A stretch of 50,143 bases of DNA, taken from the IMG/VR virus record IMGVR_UViG_3300031953_000025, positions 1 through 50,143 of that record; one strand, 5' to 3'. Source of the stretch: a virus (Duplodnaviria; Caudoviricetes). A model generated the notes under the pieces. It was given only the letters and a program-made list of their open reading frames with translations. It ran no database searches and had not been told where the DNA came from. The position numbers were made by a program, and so were the translations under genes. Below, one piece after another: positions 25,987 to 36,045 of this stretch; positions within the stretch are counted from its first letter, which is position 1, and each line of letters opens with the position of its first letter.

Positions 25987-26849
25987 GCTGCCCCGCGTGC
26001 TGCGATCGTCGCGTCGTCGGCTGCTCTCTCTGCCGCCTTCGTCTCGGCTTTCACCCGGCGCTTCTCGATTGCCCGCGCCGCCCGCGCCTCGGCAAGCTCA
26101 GCGGCTTTCGTCGCCTTGATGGCCGACGTGACCTTGTCGAGCTGCGAGGCCGCGAGAATGGCGTACAGCGTCGGGTCGACGACGAACTCGCAGTCCGGTG
26201 TCGAGCAGACGATGTGGATCGGCCCGTCGAACTCCAGCGGCGGCTTCCACACGAGCGTGAGCTGCCGGCACTCGTTGCACCGGACGTTCTGCACGGGATG
26301 CTCGACGTCGGAGAACGGATGCTGCGTGAGCGCGTGCTGCATGGTGCGGTAGAAGTGCACGGCCGCCTCGGCGCCGTCCCCGCTTGCCACCCACTGGTCG
26401 ATGTCGATCAGGTCGAGGTAGCGCTCAGTGATCGCCTCCACCTCGAACACGCTCGCATCGGACGGGAAGCCTGGTGTCGGGTGTCCGAGCAGCATGATCA
26501 GCTCGTCGGCCATGCGCCAGGTGTTCGGCACTGGGATGATCCACATCGCCTGTGCTCGCACCCCGTTTTTGTCGAGTTGCTGCGCTCGTTCGATTGAACA
26601 TAGGTGGGTGATCATATCCAACGCGATCTTCAATGCTTCGCGTGTTTTCGAGAAGCACGAGAAGCAGAGCATGCCGTGCTCGGCCGGGGCGGGCAGGCAT
26701 CCGCGGCATTCGTTCGCGGTGCGATACGAGCATTCCGCCTCACGGTTGTACTGCCATTCTTGGCCGTCGCAGTTGCTGGCATGCTCGCCGTTGACGATGC
26801 ACGAGCGCACTTCGTCGACGTCGTTGGTGATGCAGGGTAGGTAGCTCAT
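25983..26849 (-). CDS. Zn-finger protein, probable late-gene regulator
   Basis: CRGC, CFSC, CNEC, CSTPDC pairs; last large early gene before the late promoter. Confidence 0.6.
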   Translation of the reverse strand: MSYLPCITNDVDEVRSCIVNGEHASNCDGQEWQYNREAECSYRTANECRGCLPAPAEHGMLCFSCFSKTREALKIALDMITHLCSIERAQQLDKNGVRAQAMWIIPVPNTWRMADELIMLLGHPTPGFPSDASVFEVEAITERYLDLIDIDQWVASGDGAEAAVHFYRTMQHALTQHPFSDVEHPVQNVRCNECRQLTLVWKPPLEFDGPIHIVCSTPDCEFVVDPTLYAILAASQLDKVTSAIKATKAAELAEARAARAIEKRRVKAETKAAERAADDATIAARGAA

Positions 26850-27052
26850 TCGTCGTCGCCTCTCCGGACGGGGATTGTCCACAGTCGGGTGTACTTGCTG
26901 AATACGGGTTCGCCCAGATGTTCCGGGTCGACTCCGCGGGAATGTATTTCCGAGGCGACACGTTCCATGCCCATCGCTTCGGCGTCGGCTGCTTTGATGC
27001 GGAACTCGACGGCCCGGCTTGGTTTCGTGACCAGGCGCACGCGCTCATCCAT
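26846..27052 (-). CDS. Hypothetical protein
   Basis: Coupled small ORF MDERVRLV... Confidence 0.5.
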   Translation of the reverse strand: MDERVRLVTKPSRAVEFRIKAADAEAMGMERVASEIHSRGVDPEHLGEPVFSKYTRLWTIPVRRGDDE

Positions 27053-27332
27053 TTGTGGGGGCGTTGGGTTCGTAGTCCAAGCTGCCGCATAGGCTGCAGC
27101 ACCAGAACTCGTCGGCGGCATCTTCGGTCGGGTATCCGCAGACTTCACACTTGAATGGCGGCGGCATCGGCAAGACGTACCCGGCAGCGATAACGGCATC
27201 GACGGCCCGGATGATCCGCGGCCCCATGTCTCGTCCGAGTACGTGAAAGCCAACCTGCTTGGGGTAGTTCGTCGCGTTGGTAAGCACGCCGCCGACAACG
27301 CCTCGTAGCGCTTCCCGTTCCGGCTCAGACAT
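27045..27332 (-). CDS. Hypothetical protein with C-terminal Zn ribbon
   Basis: CEVCG...CSLCG; GGAGG SD. Confidence 0.6.
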   Translation of the reverse strand: MSEPEREALRGVVGGVLTNATNYPKQVGFHVLGRDMGPRIIRAVDAVIAAGYVLPMPPPFKCEVCGYPTEDAADEFWCCSLCGSLDYEPNAPTNG

Positions 27333-27696
27333 CGAGCACCTCCCAAATCTCGTCAAGCGCTCCGGTCGGGTCATCGAACTCTTCGGTACTGTTGTCCATC
27401 GCAGCCACGTAGATCGCTGCGATTCGCGCCAGCTTCTCGGCGTTCACGTCCCTCCCGGCGCTGAATGAGGGCAGGTGAACGGGCGTGCCGTCCGGTGCCG
27501 TCCCCCATGCCCCCACGATCGCTTCCCATTCCGGCTCTCCTGCTACGGGAGTAGACGGCGACTCAGCGGCTTCGAGGGCGTACACCAAACGGGCGAAGAG
27601 AGTCGGACCGGTCTTGCCTGCCCCTTCCGGCCCCGTCTCATGTAGTGCCCAGTTGCCTATGCCGCGTGCCTCCGCGATCAGTTCCTTGTTGCTCAT
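27325..27696 (-). CDS. Hypothetical protein
   Basis: MSNKELIAEAR; overlapping stop/start chain. Confidence 0.55.
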   Translation of the reverse strand: MSNKELIAEARGIGNWALHETGPEGAGKTGPTLFARLVYALEAAESPSTPVAGEPEWEAIVGAWGTAPDGTPVHLPSFSAGRDVNAEKLARIAAIYVAAMDNSTEEFDDPTGALDEIWEVLDV

Positions 27697-27811
27697 TCCA
27701 TGTCCCCCTCTTCGATTAGTCCGTCTTCGATCAGTTCGCTGATGTCGTTGCTCGTCCATGCGGCGAGCTTCCGCACCGCGTTCTGCAACCGGGCTGTCTT
27801 GTCGTTGTTGC

Positions 27812-28216
27812 TCATGACTTGTCCTCTCGTGCGCTGTCTGCGCTGGGGTGGGTTGGTGGTGCTGTTGATGCTGCGGAAGCGGGAGGCAGCGACTCAGGGA
27901 CGTGCCCGCACCCCATGCACCGGTCGGCGCGGTCGCCCCACTCGTTGTCCGGACCGGGGTAGACGTGACCACGTTTCGTATCCACGCACCCCGCGTACTG
28001 CATGTCCATGAACGGGGTTCGCCGGTGCCTCTCGAACGCCTCGGGGATGATCCCGAATCCGGTCAAATCCCGGTCGCTCCAGTCGGCCCAGCGATGACGG
28101 GGCCATTCCTCTTCGAGCTCGACGTACTCGTAGCCGCCCTCAATTCCGCAAATCGTGTCGTCGCGCTTGATGCCAGCACGCGTCTGACCGCAATGCAGGC
28201 ACTCGACGGCGCTCAC
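27812..28216 (-). CDS. Hypothetical Cys/His protein
   Basis: CLHCG, CMGCG. Confidence 0.55.
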   Translation of the reverse strand: MSAVECLHCGQTRAGIKRDDTICGIEGGYEYVELEEEWPRHRWADWSDRDLTGFGIIPEAFERHRRTPFMDMQYAGCVDTKRGHVYPGPDNEWGDRADRCMGCGHVPESLPPASAASTAPPTHPSADSAREDKS

Positions 28217-28388
28217 GACTCACCCCCTGATGTTGCGGGCGACTCCGCAGCGCGCTCGGCCGCAAACTTCGCCTTGGCGCTCCGGACGATTTCCGCGAAC
28301 GCTCCCCGGTCCCGGTCGGACCATTCGCCGCTGCCCCGGACGCTCACTGCCTCGCCGTCAACCTCGATGTGGCGGCACTCTTCGGCCA

Positions 28389-28961
28389 TTACTCGCCCGC
28401 CTTCCGGTACGGGTTCACACGGTCGCTGTAGCCCGAATCCTTGAGGTCATAACCGTCGTCGGTCAGTGCTTTCGCATAGCCCGCATCCCAGACCTCCCGG
28501 TGATCGGCCAGGGCATCGGTGGGCACCTGCGTGAGGATGCGCCGGGCCTCTGGGCCGAAGTCTCCGGTGAGATTCAGCACCCGCTCGATTGCCGCATAGG
28601 CCGCGTCACGCTGGCCTCGCATCCGCTCGGTGTGCAAATACCCGGCCTTCATCGCGGCACTGTTCACATCGTTCAACCGCATGTAGTTGCCGAGAATCGC
28701 GGGAAACTCGTCCGCGCGAAAGAAGCTACCCTCGACCAGCACCTCGGCAGACCGCGCGGCCAGGAACTCCGCGTTGACCTGCCGGGACGCATCACGCTGA
28801 GCGATCGCCATGTCACGAGCGTCGACGACTTCCCCCAGCTTCCGCATCATCCAGTCGTAATCCCGCTGCCGCCCTCGACGCTCGCCCGCGAGATCCCGCT
28901 CAAGCCGCCTGCATTCTTCCTTCGCCACTTCCAGCATTTCCGCTGCGTCGTTAGAACCCAT
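28389..28961 (-). CDS. Hypothetical coiled-coil protein
   Basis: GGAGG SD; ends EVWDAGY...NPYR motif. Confidence 0.6.
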   Translation of the reverse strand: MGSNDAAEMLEVAKEECRRLERDLAGERRGRQRDYDWMMRKLGEVVDARDMAIAQRDASRQVNAEFLAARSAEVLVEGSFFRADEFPAILGNYMRLNDVNSAAMKAGYLHTERMRGQRDAAYAAIERVLNLTGDFGPEARRILTQVPTDALADHREVWDAGYAKALTDDGYDLKDSGYSDRVNPYRKAGE

Positions 28962-29634
28962 CGGTCTGCACCTCCGCAACGGGAGCGTTCGCGGCATCAG
29001 CGGCCGCCTGCGCGGTCGCCCGATCCTTGTAGGAATAGTTCGATGGGTTTTTCGCCACCTTCGACGCGTCCACCCCCGCGGCTGACTCGAGCCACCGCGG
29101 ATTGAGGCAATCCGCGTCCCGCCACCTCGACACAGCCGCCCACCAGACGTTGAACTTTCCACCGCTGCGCGTATTGCGGGACACCTCATGCGCGGCGACT
29201 TCCTCCACCCTCCACACAGAGACAGACCCAGCGCACTCGCATGACTCAGACGTCTTGCGACCGCGCGGGGTCGTGTACCGCAGCAGCCTCTCGTCGTCAC
29301 ACCAGTCACACTTCGGACGCTTGACGTGATCCATCTCGACCGTGAACAGCTGCTCATCGATCACGGCCAGCAACTCAGCCAGCGCCAGCTTGCGAACATC
29401 CTGCCCCGCCTGGTACTTCGCCGTGTTGTATTCACTCTCGAATCTCGCCTTGGCCTGTACCGCTTCACGTTCCAAGGTCTCGAGGTCCTTGAGTTTGTCC
29501 TTGAGCTCCCGGTTCTGCGTCTGGAGCATTTCAATCTGGTTTGTGATCTCACTCCTCACGGCCGCCCGAAGAGTGTCCTTCAGCCCCTCCGCAACTTCGT
29601 CGTACTCGGTGGTTTCGTCCCAAAACTCGTTCAT
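28951..29634 (-). CDS. Hypothetical protein (coiled coil plus CxxC...CxC)
   Basis: KCDWCDDER...ECAG; AAGGAG SD. Confidence 0.7.
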   Translation of the reverse strand: MNEFWDETTEYDEVAEGLKDTLRAAVRSEITNQIEMLQTQNRELKDKLKDLETLEREAVQAKARFESEYNTAKYQAGQDVRKLALAELLAVIDEQLFTVEMDHVKRPKCDWCDDERLLRYTTPRGRKTSESCECAGSVSVWRVEEVAAHEVSRNTRSGGKFNVWWAAVSRWRDADCLNPRWLESAAGVDASKVAKNPSNYSYKDRATAQAAADAANAPVAEVQTDGF

Positions 29635-29864
29635 GATTCCTGCTCCTTCTCGTCGAGTGCATCCCGCACCGAAATACCATTCGCCCGCAACGCCGCCTCA
29701 AACTTCGACGCACGCTCAGCCGCGATCTTGTACAGCTGCGCCCACCGAAACGGATCCACAGCACCCGCCACGAACCCCAGGCGAAACTCCGTCTGCGGAT
29801 TGCAGCTACGCCCCTCGCCCCGCTCGACCTTGCGCGCCTCCCACGCCTCATCTGCGGTGGTCAT
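29631..29864 (-). CDS. Hypothetical protein
   Basis: MTTADEAWEA; coupled. Confidence 0.5.
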   Translation of the reverse strand: MTTADEAWEARKVERGEGRSCNPQTEFRLGFVAGAVDPFRWAQLYKIAAERASKFEAALRANGISVRDALDEKEQES

Positions 29865-30357
29865 TGGGTACCTGCTCTCCCTTGTCGGTGCCGATTGGTT
29901 GCGGTTCGTGCCACCATGTGCCGTTCTCAGTGGTGTGCGGTATGCCCGCCGATTCATGTCCCGCGAGGTAGCGGCATGCTGCCCCGCCGTCGATGTGCGG
30001 GTGAGTGACGGGACACTGCCCAGTGGCTGGTCGATCGCTCTTCGTGCTGACCTTTGCCCGCATGTCGAGGATCTTCTGTGCCGTCTTATTGAGTAGCAGG
30101 TCCGTCGCGCCGTCCTTACGAACAGGCGGGATAGTGAACAGCCCACGCAACTCAGTGACGTGACCTCCCGGCCATGACTCGCGCATCGACTGCACGGACG
30201 TCGCCGCCTCTTCCAGCGCTTCCTCTTTCGCCGCCGCCACGACAGCGGCCAGCCCTGCCTCATGCGCCAACCACTCCGGGTCACCGTTCATCGGCTCGGC
30301 ACCATGGGCGTCCAGCCACGCATTCAGGCCGGACAGGTAAATCTCACGTGTCTTCAC
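29848..30357 (-). CDS. Hypothetical protein
   Basis: AAGGAG SD before GTG; C-terminal C..C..GH..H motif. Confidence 0.5.
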   Translation of the reverse strand: MKTREIYLSGLNAWLDAHGAEPMNGDPEWLAHEAGLAAVVAAAKEEALEEAATSVQSMRESWPGGHVTELRGLFTIPPVRKDGATDLLLNKTAQKILDMRAKVSTKSDRPATGQCPVTHPHIDGGAACRYLAGHESAGIPHTTENGTWWHEPQPIGTDKGEQVPNDHRR

Positions 30358-30671
30358 TTCGTCTCCTTCGGTTCGTTTTTGCAGCGAATAGCGCTCTTGC
30401 CTGTCGGAGTGCGGCAGTTCGAGCAAATGTGCTCAGGCGGTGCATCCCACGACCGGCCCGGGGTGTGCTGCCCGCCATTGAACGAGCCCTTCAACGTCAT
30501 GCGGTTTCCCTCTTCGAATTCGTCATGCTTTCCTCTCTCAAAATTTGGTGGTCATGCTCAAGGGCGGCGGCCACGTAGCCGTAGACACCGCCCATTGGGC
30601 GAAGTAGATGTGCGGCCGTCAATCGCCGGCCAAGGCTGGGCGGTCACGTTTGCCCCGATAGAGTGCAGGGC

Positions 30672-31238
30672 ATGGAAATTGTTGGCTGGGTCCTGACTGT
30701 CGTTCTCGCGGTGCCGACGATTTGGCTCGCGGCACTTGCATACCGAGAAGGCAGGAGAGCCCGCGATGCAGCAACAAAATCCAATGAGCTTGCCCACGCT
30801 GCACTCGAGCTTGCGACCGCACAACGGGACGCCGAGTCCCGCAGTGTTAGGGCCGCGTTCGTCGAGAAGCTCCGCACCATGGCGGCGCTTACCGATAGCC
30901 TCGGTTTCGATGCAACCGAGTCGCAGCACACAACGGTGAATGAGCAACAAGGCAATCTGCAGCATGAGGCGTCGGTCCTTGGGATCCCTGGGGCCACTGA
31001 ACTCGCCTGGTATGTATCCATGGTGCATTTCCGGCCAGACGCTCGCCGCCGTAGCGGGGACCGGTCGCCTCGGGCGAGGCCTGCCGAAGCAACGAGTTGG
31101 ATTTCACTCAACAACCTGACCCGTGCATGGATCACTGACCCGGAGTCACAGGTTGAGGTCGTCAAGGCACAAGGCCTCGCCTTGACCGGTGATTCCGATG
31201 CTGTATTCAACATCCGCCAGTGGCCCCGGCCTTGGTAA
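30672..31238 (+). CDS. N-terminally anchored membrane protein (antisense moron)
   Basis: TM residues ~3-24; TAGAGT-N7-ATG leaderless promoter. Confidence 0.7.
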   Translation: MEIVGWVLTVVLAVPTIWLAALAYREGRRARDAATKSNELAHAALELATAQRDAESRSVRAAFVEKLRTMAALTDSLGFDATESQHTTVNEQQGNLQHEASVLGIPGATELAWYVSMVHFRPDARRRSGDRSPRARPAEATSWISLNNLTRAWITDPESQVEVVKAQGLALTGDSDAVFNIRQWPRPW

Positions 31239-31339
31239 CGCAATCTGCAGCTCAGTGGCGGAATCGCACCTGCACCACAGGTAGTGTTCAGGGCATAATC
31301 AACGTCCACCCTGTTTTCCCGACAACTATTGGTGATTTC

Positions 31340-31552
31340 GTGGAGTTCAGGAAGGACGACCGCTGGTATCGGCTGCTTCTGCATTCGGACGATATGTGGG
31401 TTATCCACCAAAGAGGCGTAGCGGGCGACGATTTCCAGCTGGTCGTCACTAATCGACGGGCTGGACTGATGGATGTTGAAGGGCGAGGTCACCTCGGTCC
31501 CGTGACTGCCTTGGGAGCCACTGAAGGCATGCTGTTCGGCAAGCTCTTCTAA
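31340..31552 (+). CDS. Small hypothetical protein (start uncertain)
   Basis: Open frame 31220-31552; CATAAT -10-like box at 31294. Confidence 0.4.
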   Translation: MEFRKDDRWYRLLLHSDDMWVIHQRGVAGDDFQLVVTNRRAGLMDVEGRGHLGPVTALGATEGMLFGKLF

Positions 31553-31574
31553 CCTTCGGCGCGTGCTGCTCCAC

Positions 31575-33305
31575 TCACGCCGCCAGCCCAAACACAGCGC
31601 CCAACGACTCGGCAACCGCGGCGCCCAGGTCGCGGGAGTTCGGCGGCGTGACCGCATTCCCGCTCTGCTTGACCTGCTCGCGCTTCGTTCCGAGCAGCAC
31701 GTAGTTGCCGGCGAACCCCATGCCGCACTTGATCTCGTCCGGGGTCAGCATCCGGAAGATGCAATCCTCAATGTCCACCGACCCGCTCACGAGCGAGTAG
31801 CGGTCAGTCGTCGTGAGCGTGCGGTGCGCCTCATCCGTCGTCGACGCGGTGCCGTTGCCGTAATACGGCACGAGCAGCGACTGGTGGCCGGCCGTCGTCA
31901 ACGTCCGCAGTGACTCCGTGACCGGCGTGCTCATCTCGCCGCCGCCGGTGTTGTTGCGCATGACGAGCGCATGATGATTGCCGTTCGCCGCCACGGTATC
32001 GATGGGCGAGCTCGCCGGTTTCGCAACCCCATGATTTCTCAGCGGGATCACGATGGCCGTCTCATTCCGCGTCGACTGCGTCCGCATCGGATCGCACGAC
32101 GGCCCCGCGCTCTTGCCCTCGCGCCCCTCGACCGGGATCATCAGCGGATCGTAGAAGACGCCCTTCGTCTGCGCCGTCGTCTGGGTGTTCAGCGGGTCAG
32201 CGCCAGACTGCACCGTGCCCTCACCGCGGATGCCGTCCGTGATGATCGGCGGCAAGGCAAGACCCTTCGTGAGGCTCGTATGCAACGTTTTGAGCGCTTC
32301 CTCAGTCGGCCAGGCGCGCAGGTAGGCGCCTTCCTTGCCGTGTGAAACATGCTTCGGGTCGGCGCTGTCGTACTGATTCCCGCCGGCCTCAACGACCATC
32401 GGCCGCCAGTAACGGTCGATGCCCTTCTCGATTCGCGTCATCGTCTTCGGCGACAGCGCCTTCGCACGATCGCCGATGCGCGTTCCCTCGATAGACCAGT
32501 CAATGGCCGATGCCGCCGGAAGCCAGCCGGGCTCCACGATCGCGGCGCACTGAGCGCAACGGAAAACGTACTGGGCCTTGTATCGGCCCCAGCGCTCAGC
32601 CTTCTTGAACGTCTGCACAGCCTTGACGATGCCGTGCGTCTCGCAGAACGCTTCCGGCCGCGTCCACTTCTCAAGGTTCGGCTTCGTGTTGCCCCTCCGC
32701 CAGAACACCACGTACATGCGGTCCCGGGACTGCGGCGCGGGATCCCCGAGAGCCTGAGCGTGCATCGAATTCACCCAGGCGATCTCGTGGTCATACCCGA
32801 GCGACTCCATAGCCATCAGCCACGCGGGGAACTGCACCCACCGGTAGGCATCGACAACGTTCTCGATGATGATCGCCTTGTACTGGTGGTACTCCGCGAA
32901 TCGTGGCACGTCCCACATCGTGGCCCGGGACCGCACGGCCGCGGCGTCGGGCAGCTTGTCGGCCATGCCGGGGAGCTGCGCCTGCATGTCGCGTTGCCGC
33001 TTGATGCCCTTCGCTACCGAGTGGTTCGTGCATTCCGGCGACGCCCAGAGAATGTCCGTCGTCGGGAATCTGCTCGGCTCCACCTGGCTGATGTCTGCCG
33101 AGTCGTGATCCGTCGTCGGGTGGTTGATCTGGTGGGAATCGATCGCCATTTTCCAGTGATTCGCCGCGATAACGACGCGATACCCCGCGGCCACGAGACC
33201 CGACGATGAACCGCCAGCCCCGCAAAAGAGGTCCGTGACCGTGAGGCCGTTACTGATTACCGTCGCGCCGCCGAACGACGGCCGTTCCAAAGTTGTCGAG
33301 CTCAT
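31575..33305 (-). CDS. DNA (cytosine-5) methyltransferase, orphan
   Basis: DLFCGAGG (I), ASPEC (IV), ENV (VI), QSRDR (VIII), GNAV (X). Confidence 0.93.
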   Translation of the reverse strand: MSSTTLERPSFGGATVISNGLTVTDLFCGAGGSSSGLVAAGYRVVIAANHWKMAIDSHQINHPTTDHDSADISQVEPSRFPTTDILWASPECTNHSVAKGIKRQRDMQAQLPGMADKLPDAAAVRSRATMWDVPRFAEYHQYKAIIIENVVDAYRWVQFPAWLMAMESLGYDHEIAWVNSMHAQALGDPAPQSRDRMYVVFWRRGNTKPNLEKWTRPEAFCETHGIVKAVQTFKKAERWGRYKAQYVFRCAQCAAIVEPGWLPAASAIDWSIEGTRIGDRAKALSPKTMTRIEKGIDRYWRPMVVEAGGNQYDSADPKHVSHGKEGAYLRAWPTEEALKTLHTSLTKGLALPPIITDGIRGEGTVQSGADPLNTQTTAQTKGVFYDPLMIPVEGREGKSAGPSCDPMRTQSTRNETAIVIPLRNHGVAKPASSPIDTVAANGNHHALVMRNNTGGGEMSTPVTESLRTLTTAGHQSLLVPYYGNGTASTTDEAHRTLTTTDRYSLVSGSVDIEDCIFRMLTPDEIKCGMGFAGNYVLLGTKREQVKQSGNAVTPPNSRDLGAAVAESLGAVFGLAA

Positions 33306-33324
33306 GATTCCCTTTCTGGGGTAC

Positions 33325-33354
33325 AAAAAAAGCACCGGCCAGACGGCGGGTGCC
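33325..33354 (-). terminator. Intrinsic terminator between the two methylase genes
   Basis: GCACC/GGTGC stem followed by U7 on the minus strand. Confidence 0.6.
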
Positions 33355-33374
33355 TTGTGAATAGGTGGAGAATG

Positions 33375-35984
33375 CTAAACGGCTACGGGTTCCGATTCCA
33401 TCGCAACATCGATGATGTCGAACAGCGTCGGCATGTCCTGTTTGGCCGATTCAGCTTCGAGGTACTTCACCCCGTCGTAGTACGACACGGGGTTGAGTTC
33501 GGCAGCACGGCCGCGACGCCCCAGCTTGAGCGCACGAAACACTGTCGTGCCCAGCCCGCCGAACGGGTCGTAGATCAGATCGCCGGGGTTGCTCTTCTCG
33601 GTGATCAACCGGTCAACAATGTCGAACTGCATCGGGCACGTATGCATGACGAGGTTTCGCCGTGACTGCTCGCCATTGAGGGTGAGCATGCGGTTCACGT
33701 CATGCCACACATCGGGATGCCAGGACGCCGGCGCCAGAGACATGAACGTCGACGGCAGCCGCTTACGTCCCGCGAGCAACTCGCCCGTTTTCACGTGCGA
33801 TTCGTAGTCGTAGACACTGTTCGCAGTCTGCGCCGTGAACAGCCGCGACATGTCCTCGGGCTTGAGCTGCGACAGTTCCTCGGGCGTCAGGTGCCGGTCG
33901 CCAGACGAGCGCCAGAATGCGTGAGCGTCGATCTGCCAGCGCGCCAGCGAGTACCCGTCGACGGGATTGTTCGGCGGCGTCTCGGCTTCCGTTTCGTCAT
34001 CGTCCCAGCTGACCGGCTTCGTTGGGTCGTAGATGTCCTTCGTCACCCGAACATCGCCCCAGCCCTTCGACCGGTCCGTCTGCGGCTTGCGGAACAGCAG
34101 CACGTATTCCGGCATCCCCATGCCCATGCTCGATGCGTCAGCCCGCATCTTCGTGTAGCCGAGGCGGTACGTCTGATTGTTCTCCCGCACGACATCGGTG
34201 ACGATGGTGTGCATGCCGAGGTAGTCGAAACCGTGCCTCCGGAAATGGGCGATGGTCTCGCCGTGGAACGGTTCCACTGTCGGGTTGCCGGTGCCCATGA
34301 CGTTGCCGAACAGGATGCGATCCTTCACGTGAATCGCGGCGACGCGGCCAGGCTTGAGCACTCGCAGCAGGTTCGGCGTCAAGTAGTCCATCTGCTCCCA
34401 GAAATGGCCGTTGTCGTCGGTGTGGCCGAAGTCGTTGTAGCTCGGCGAGTACTCATACTGCGTGCCGAACGGAATGCTCGACAGGATCATGTCCACTGAG
34501 TCAGTGTCCATGTGATCGCGAGTTTCCAGAACGCAGTCGTTGAGCGCGAACTGCCAGCCGGTGCCACTGACCTCGATGCGCTCGACGCCCATCGATCGGG
34601 TGAGCGCCTGCGAAATCGCGCCGGCGTCCAGCCCGAACTCCCGGATGATGTCCGACATGCTGGCCGTGAGCTTCTTGTGCTGCTCCCACTTCGCCAGCAG
34701 AATCTCGATCACCGATTCTTCCGACTCCGCAAGAATCACGTCGATCTCCACCTGCTCCGTCTGCAGGAACCGGTGCAGGCGGTGAACGCTCTGAATGAAG
34801 TCGTTGAACTTGAAGTCGATGCCCGCATAGATCGCACGGTGGCAATGGCGCTGGAAGTTCGACCCGGATCCGGACAGGCTAGGCTTCGTCGCGAGAATGC
34901 GTGACTCGCCGTTCGAGAACTTCACGACCCGCTCTTCGCGCTCGTCGAGGTCCAGTGCCCCGAATACTTCGACCGCCTCAGGTACCGCCTTCTTGATCGC
35001 CCGGCGCTCATCTTCCAGCGTGTGCCAGAGAACGAAATGATCGTCCGGGGCCTCGTCGACCAGCTCGGCCAGCTTCTCGATCCGCGCCGAGAGACTGTTG
35101 CGTTTCTCAGTTGCCGCGCCGGACAATCCCAGAGCGCCGTTCGCGAATAGAACTGCCTGGCCGTCGCCGTCCGTGCGGACCTCGCCGCCCTTGATCTCGA
35201 CGCGATGGAACTGCACGTCAAGCTCGGGCAGCTCGTAGCCGTCATCCGAATAGCCGAGGTCGCTCGGCTTCTGAATGAAGCACGCCCAGGTGTTCAGCCA
35301 CAGCCAGAATTCGCGTTCCGTGTGCGGGTGCAGGGTGAGGTTCCCGGCCGACGATGAATCGCGCTGGAAGAACCGGGTGAGGATCTGCCCTGAGTCCATG
35401 ATGCCGAGGTATGCCGCATAGTGGCTCAGCTCCTTGAACCGGTTCGGGCTCGGCGTTGCGGTCGCCACGAACCGGAACGCGATGTCCTTGAACAGATGCA
35501 GGAACGTCTGGAACGTCTTCGATCCGTAGTCGCGCAGCACGCTCGCCTCGTCCAAGCTCGTTGCTGTGAACAGGTTCGGGTCGATCTTCCCGTCTCGCAC
35601 GCTCTCGTAGTTCGTGACGAACATGCCAGTCTCCGGCAGTCCGAAAGCCGCCGTCTTGATGAACGTCACGTCGACGCCGAGCTTGGCGCCGTCAGCGATG
35701 AACTCATGACGCATACCCAGCGGGGCTACGATCAGGGACCGGCCGCCCTTGTGCTTCGTGATCAGGCGCAGCGTCTCGATCTGCATGAACGACTTGCCCA
35801 GACCGAACGCTGCGAAGATCGCACGCCGGCCGCCCTTCACGGCCCATGCCACAATCTCGCGCTGATGGCCGAACAGCATCGGGTTTATCTCGCTCGGGTC
35901 AATCTCAAAGCCGAACGACTTATCGAAATTCACCTTCTCGCGGAGGAACGAATCATAATCGGGTCTTGCATTGGTCAGCGTCAT
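33375..35984 (-). CDS. SNF2-like helicase fused to N4/N6 DNA methyltransferase
   Basis: GLGKS, DEAS, TATP, helicase-C; then SIPF (motif IV-like), HTCPMQ, DPFGGLGT (motif I). Confidence 0.88.
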   Translation of the reverse strand: MTLTNARPDYDSFLREKVNFDKSFGFEIDPSEINPMLFGHQREIVAWAVKGGRRAIFAAFGLGKSFMQIETLRLITKHKGGRSLIVAPLGMRHEFIADGAKLGVDVTFIKTAAFGLPETGMFVTNYESVRDGKIDPNLFTATSLDEASVLRDYGSKTFQTFLHLFKDIAFRFVATATPSPNRFKELSHYAAYLGIMDSGQILTRFFQRDSSSAGNLTLHPHTEREFWLWLNTWACFIQKPSDLGYSDDGYELPELDVQFHRVEIKGGEVRTDGDGQAVLFANGALGLSGAATEKRNSLSARIEKLAELVDEAPDDHFVLWHTLEDERRAIKKAVPEAVEVFGALDLDEREERVVKFSNGESRILATKPSLSGSGSNFQRHCHRAIYAGIDFKFNDFIQSVHRLHRFLQTEQVEIDVILAESEESVIEILLAKWEQHKKLTASMSDIIREFGLDAGAISQALTRSMGVERIEVSGTGWQFALNDCVLETRDHMDTDSVDMILSSIPFGTQYEYSPSYNDFGHTDDNGHFWEQMDYLTPNLLRVLKPGRVAAIHVKDRILFGNVMGTGNPTVEPFHGETIAHFRRHGFDYLGMHTIVTDVVRENNQTYRLGYTKMRADASSMGMGMPEYVLLFRKPQTDRSKGWGDVRVTKDIYDPTKPVSWDDDETEAETPPNNPVDGYSLARWQIDAHAFWRSSGDRHLTPEELSQLKPEDMSRLFTAQTANSVYDYESHVKTGELLAGRKRLPSTFMSLAPASWHPDVWHDVNRMLTLNGEQSRRNLVMHTCPMQFDIVDRLITEKSNPGDLIYDPFGGLGTTVFRALKLGRRGRAAELNPVSYYDGVKYLEAESAKQDMPTLFDIIDVAMESEPVAV

Positions 35985-36045
35985 GGTGTCCTGTCTCTGT
36001 GGAGTTGTTGGTGGGGGCGACTTGTGCCGTCCCCGGGTGGTGCGG

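Noticed and set aside
30644-31657. 337-aa minus-strand ORF
   Set aside because: No SD or motifs; overlaps the better supported plus-strand membrane gene
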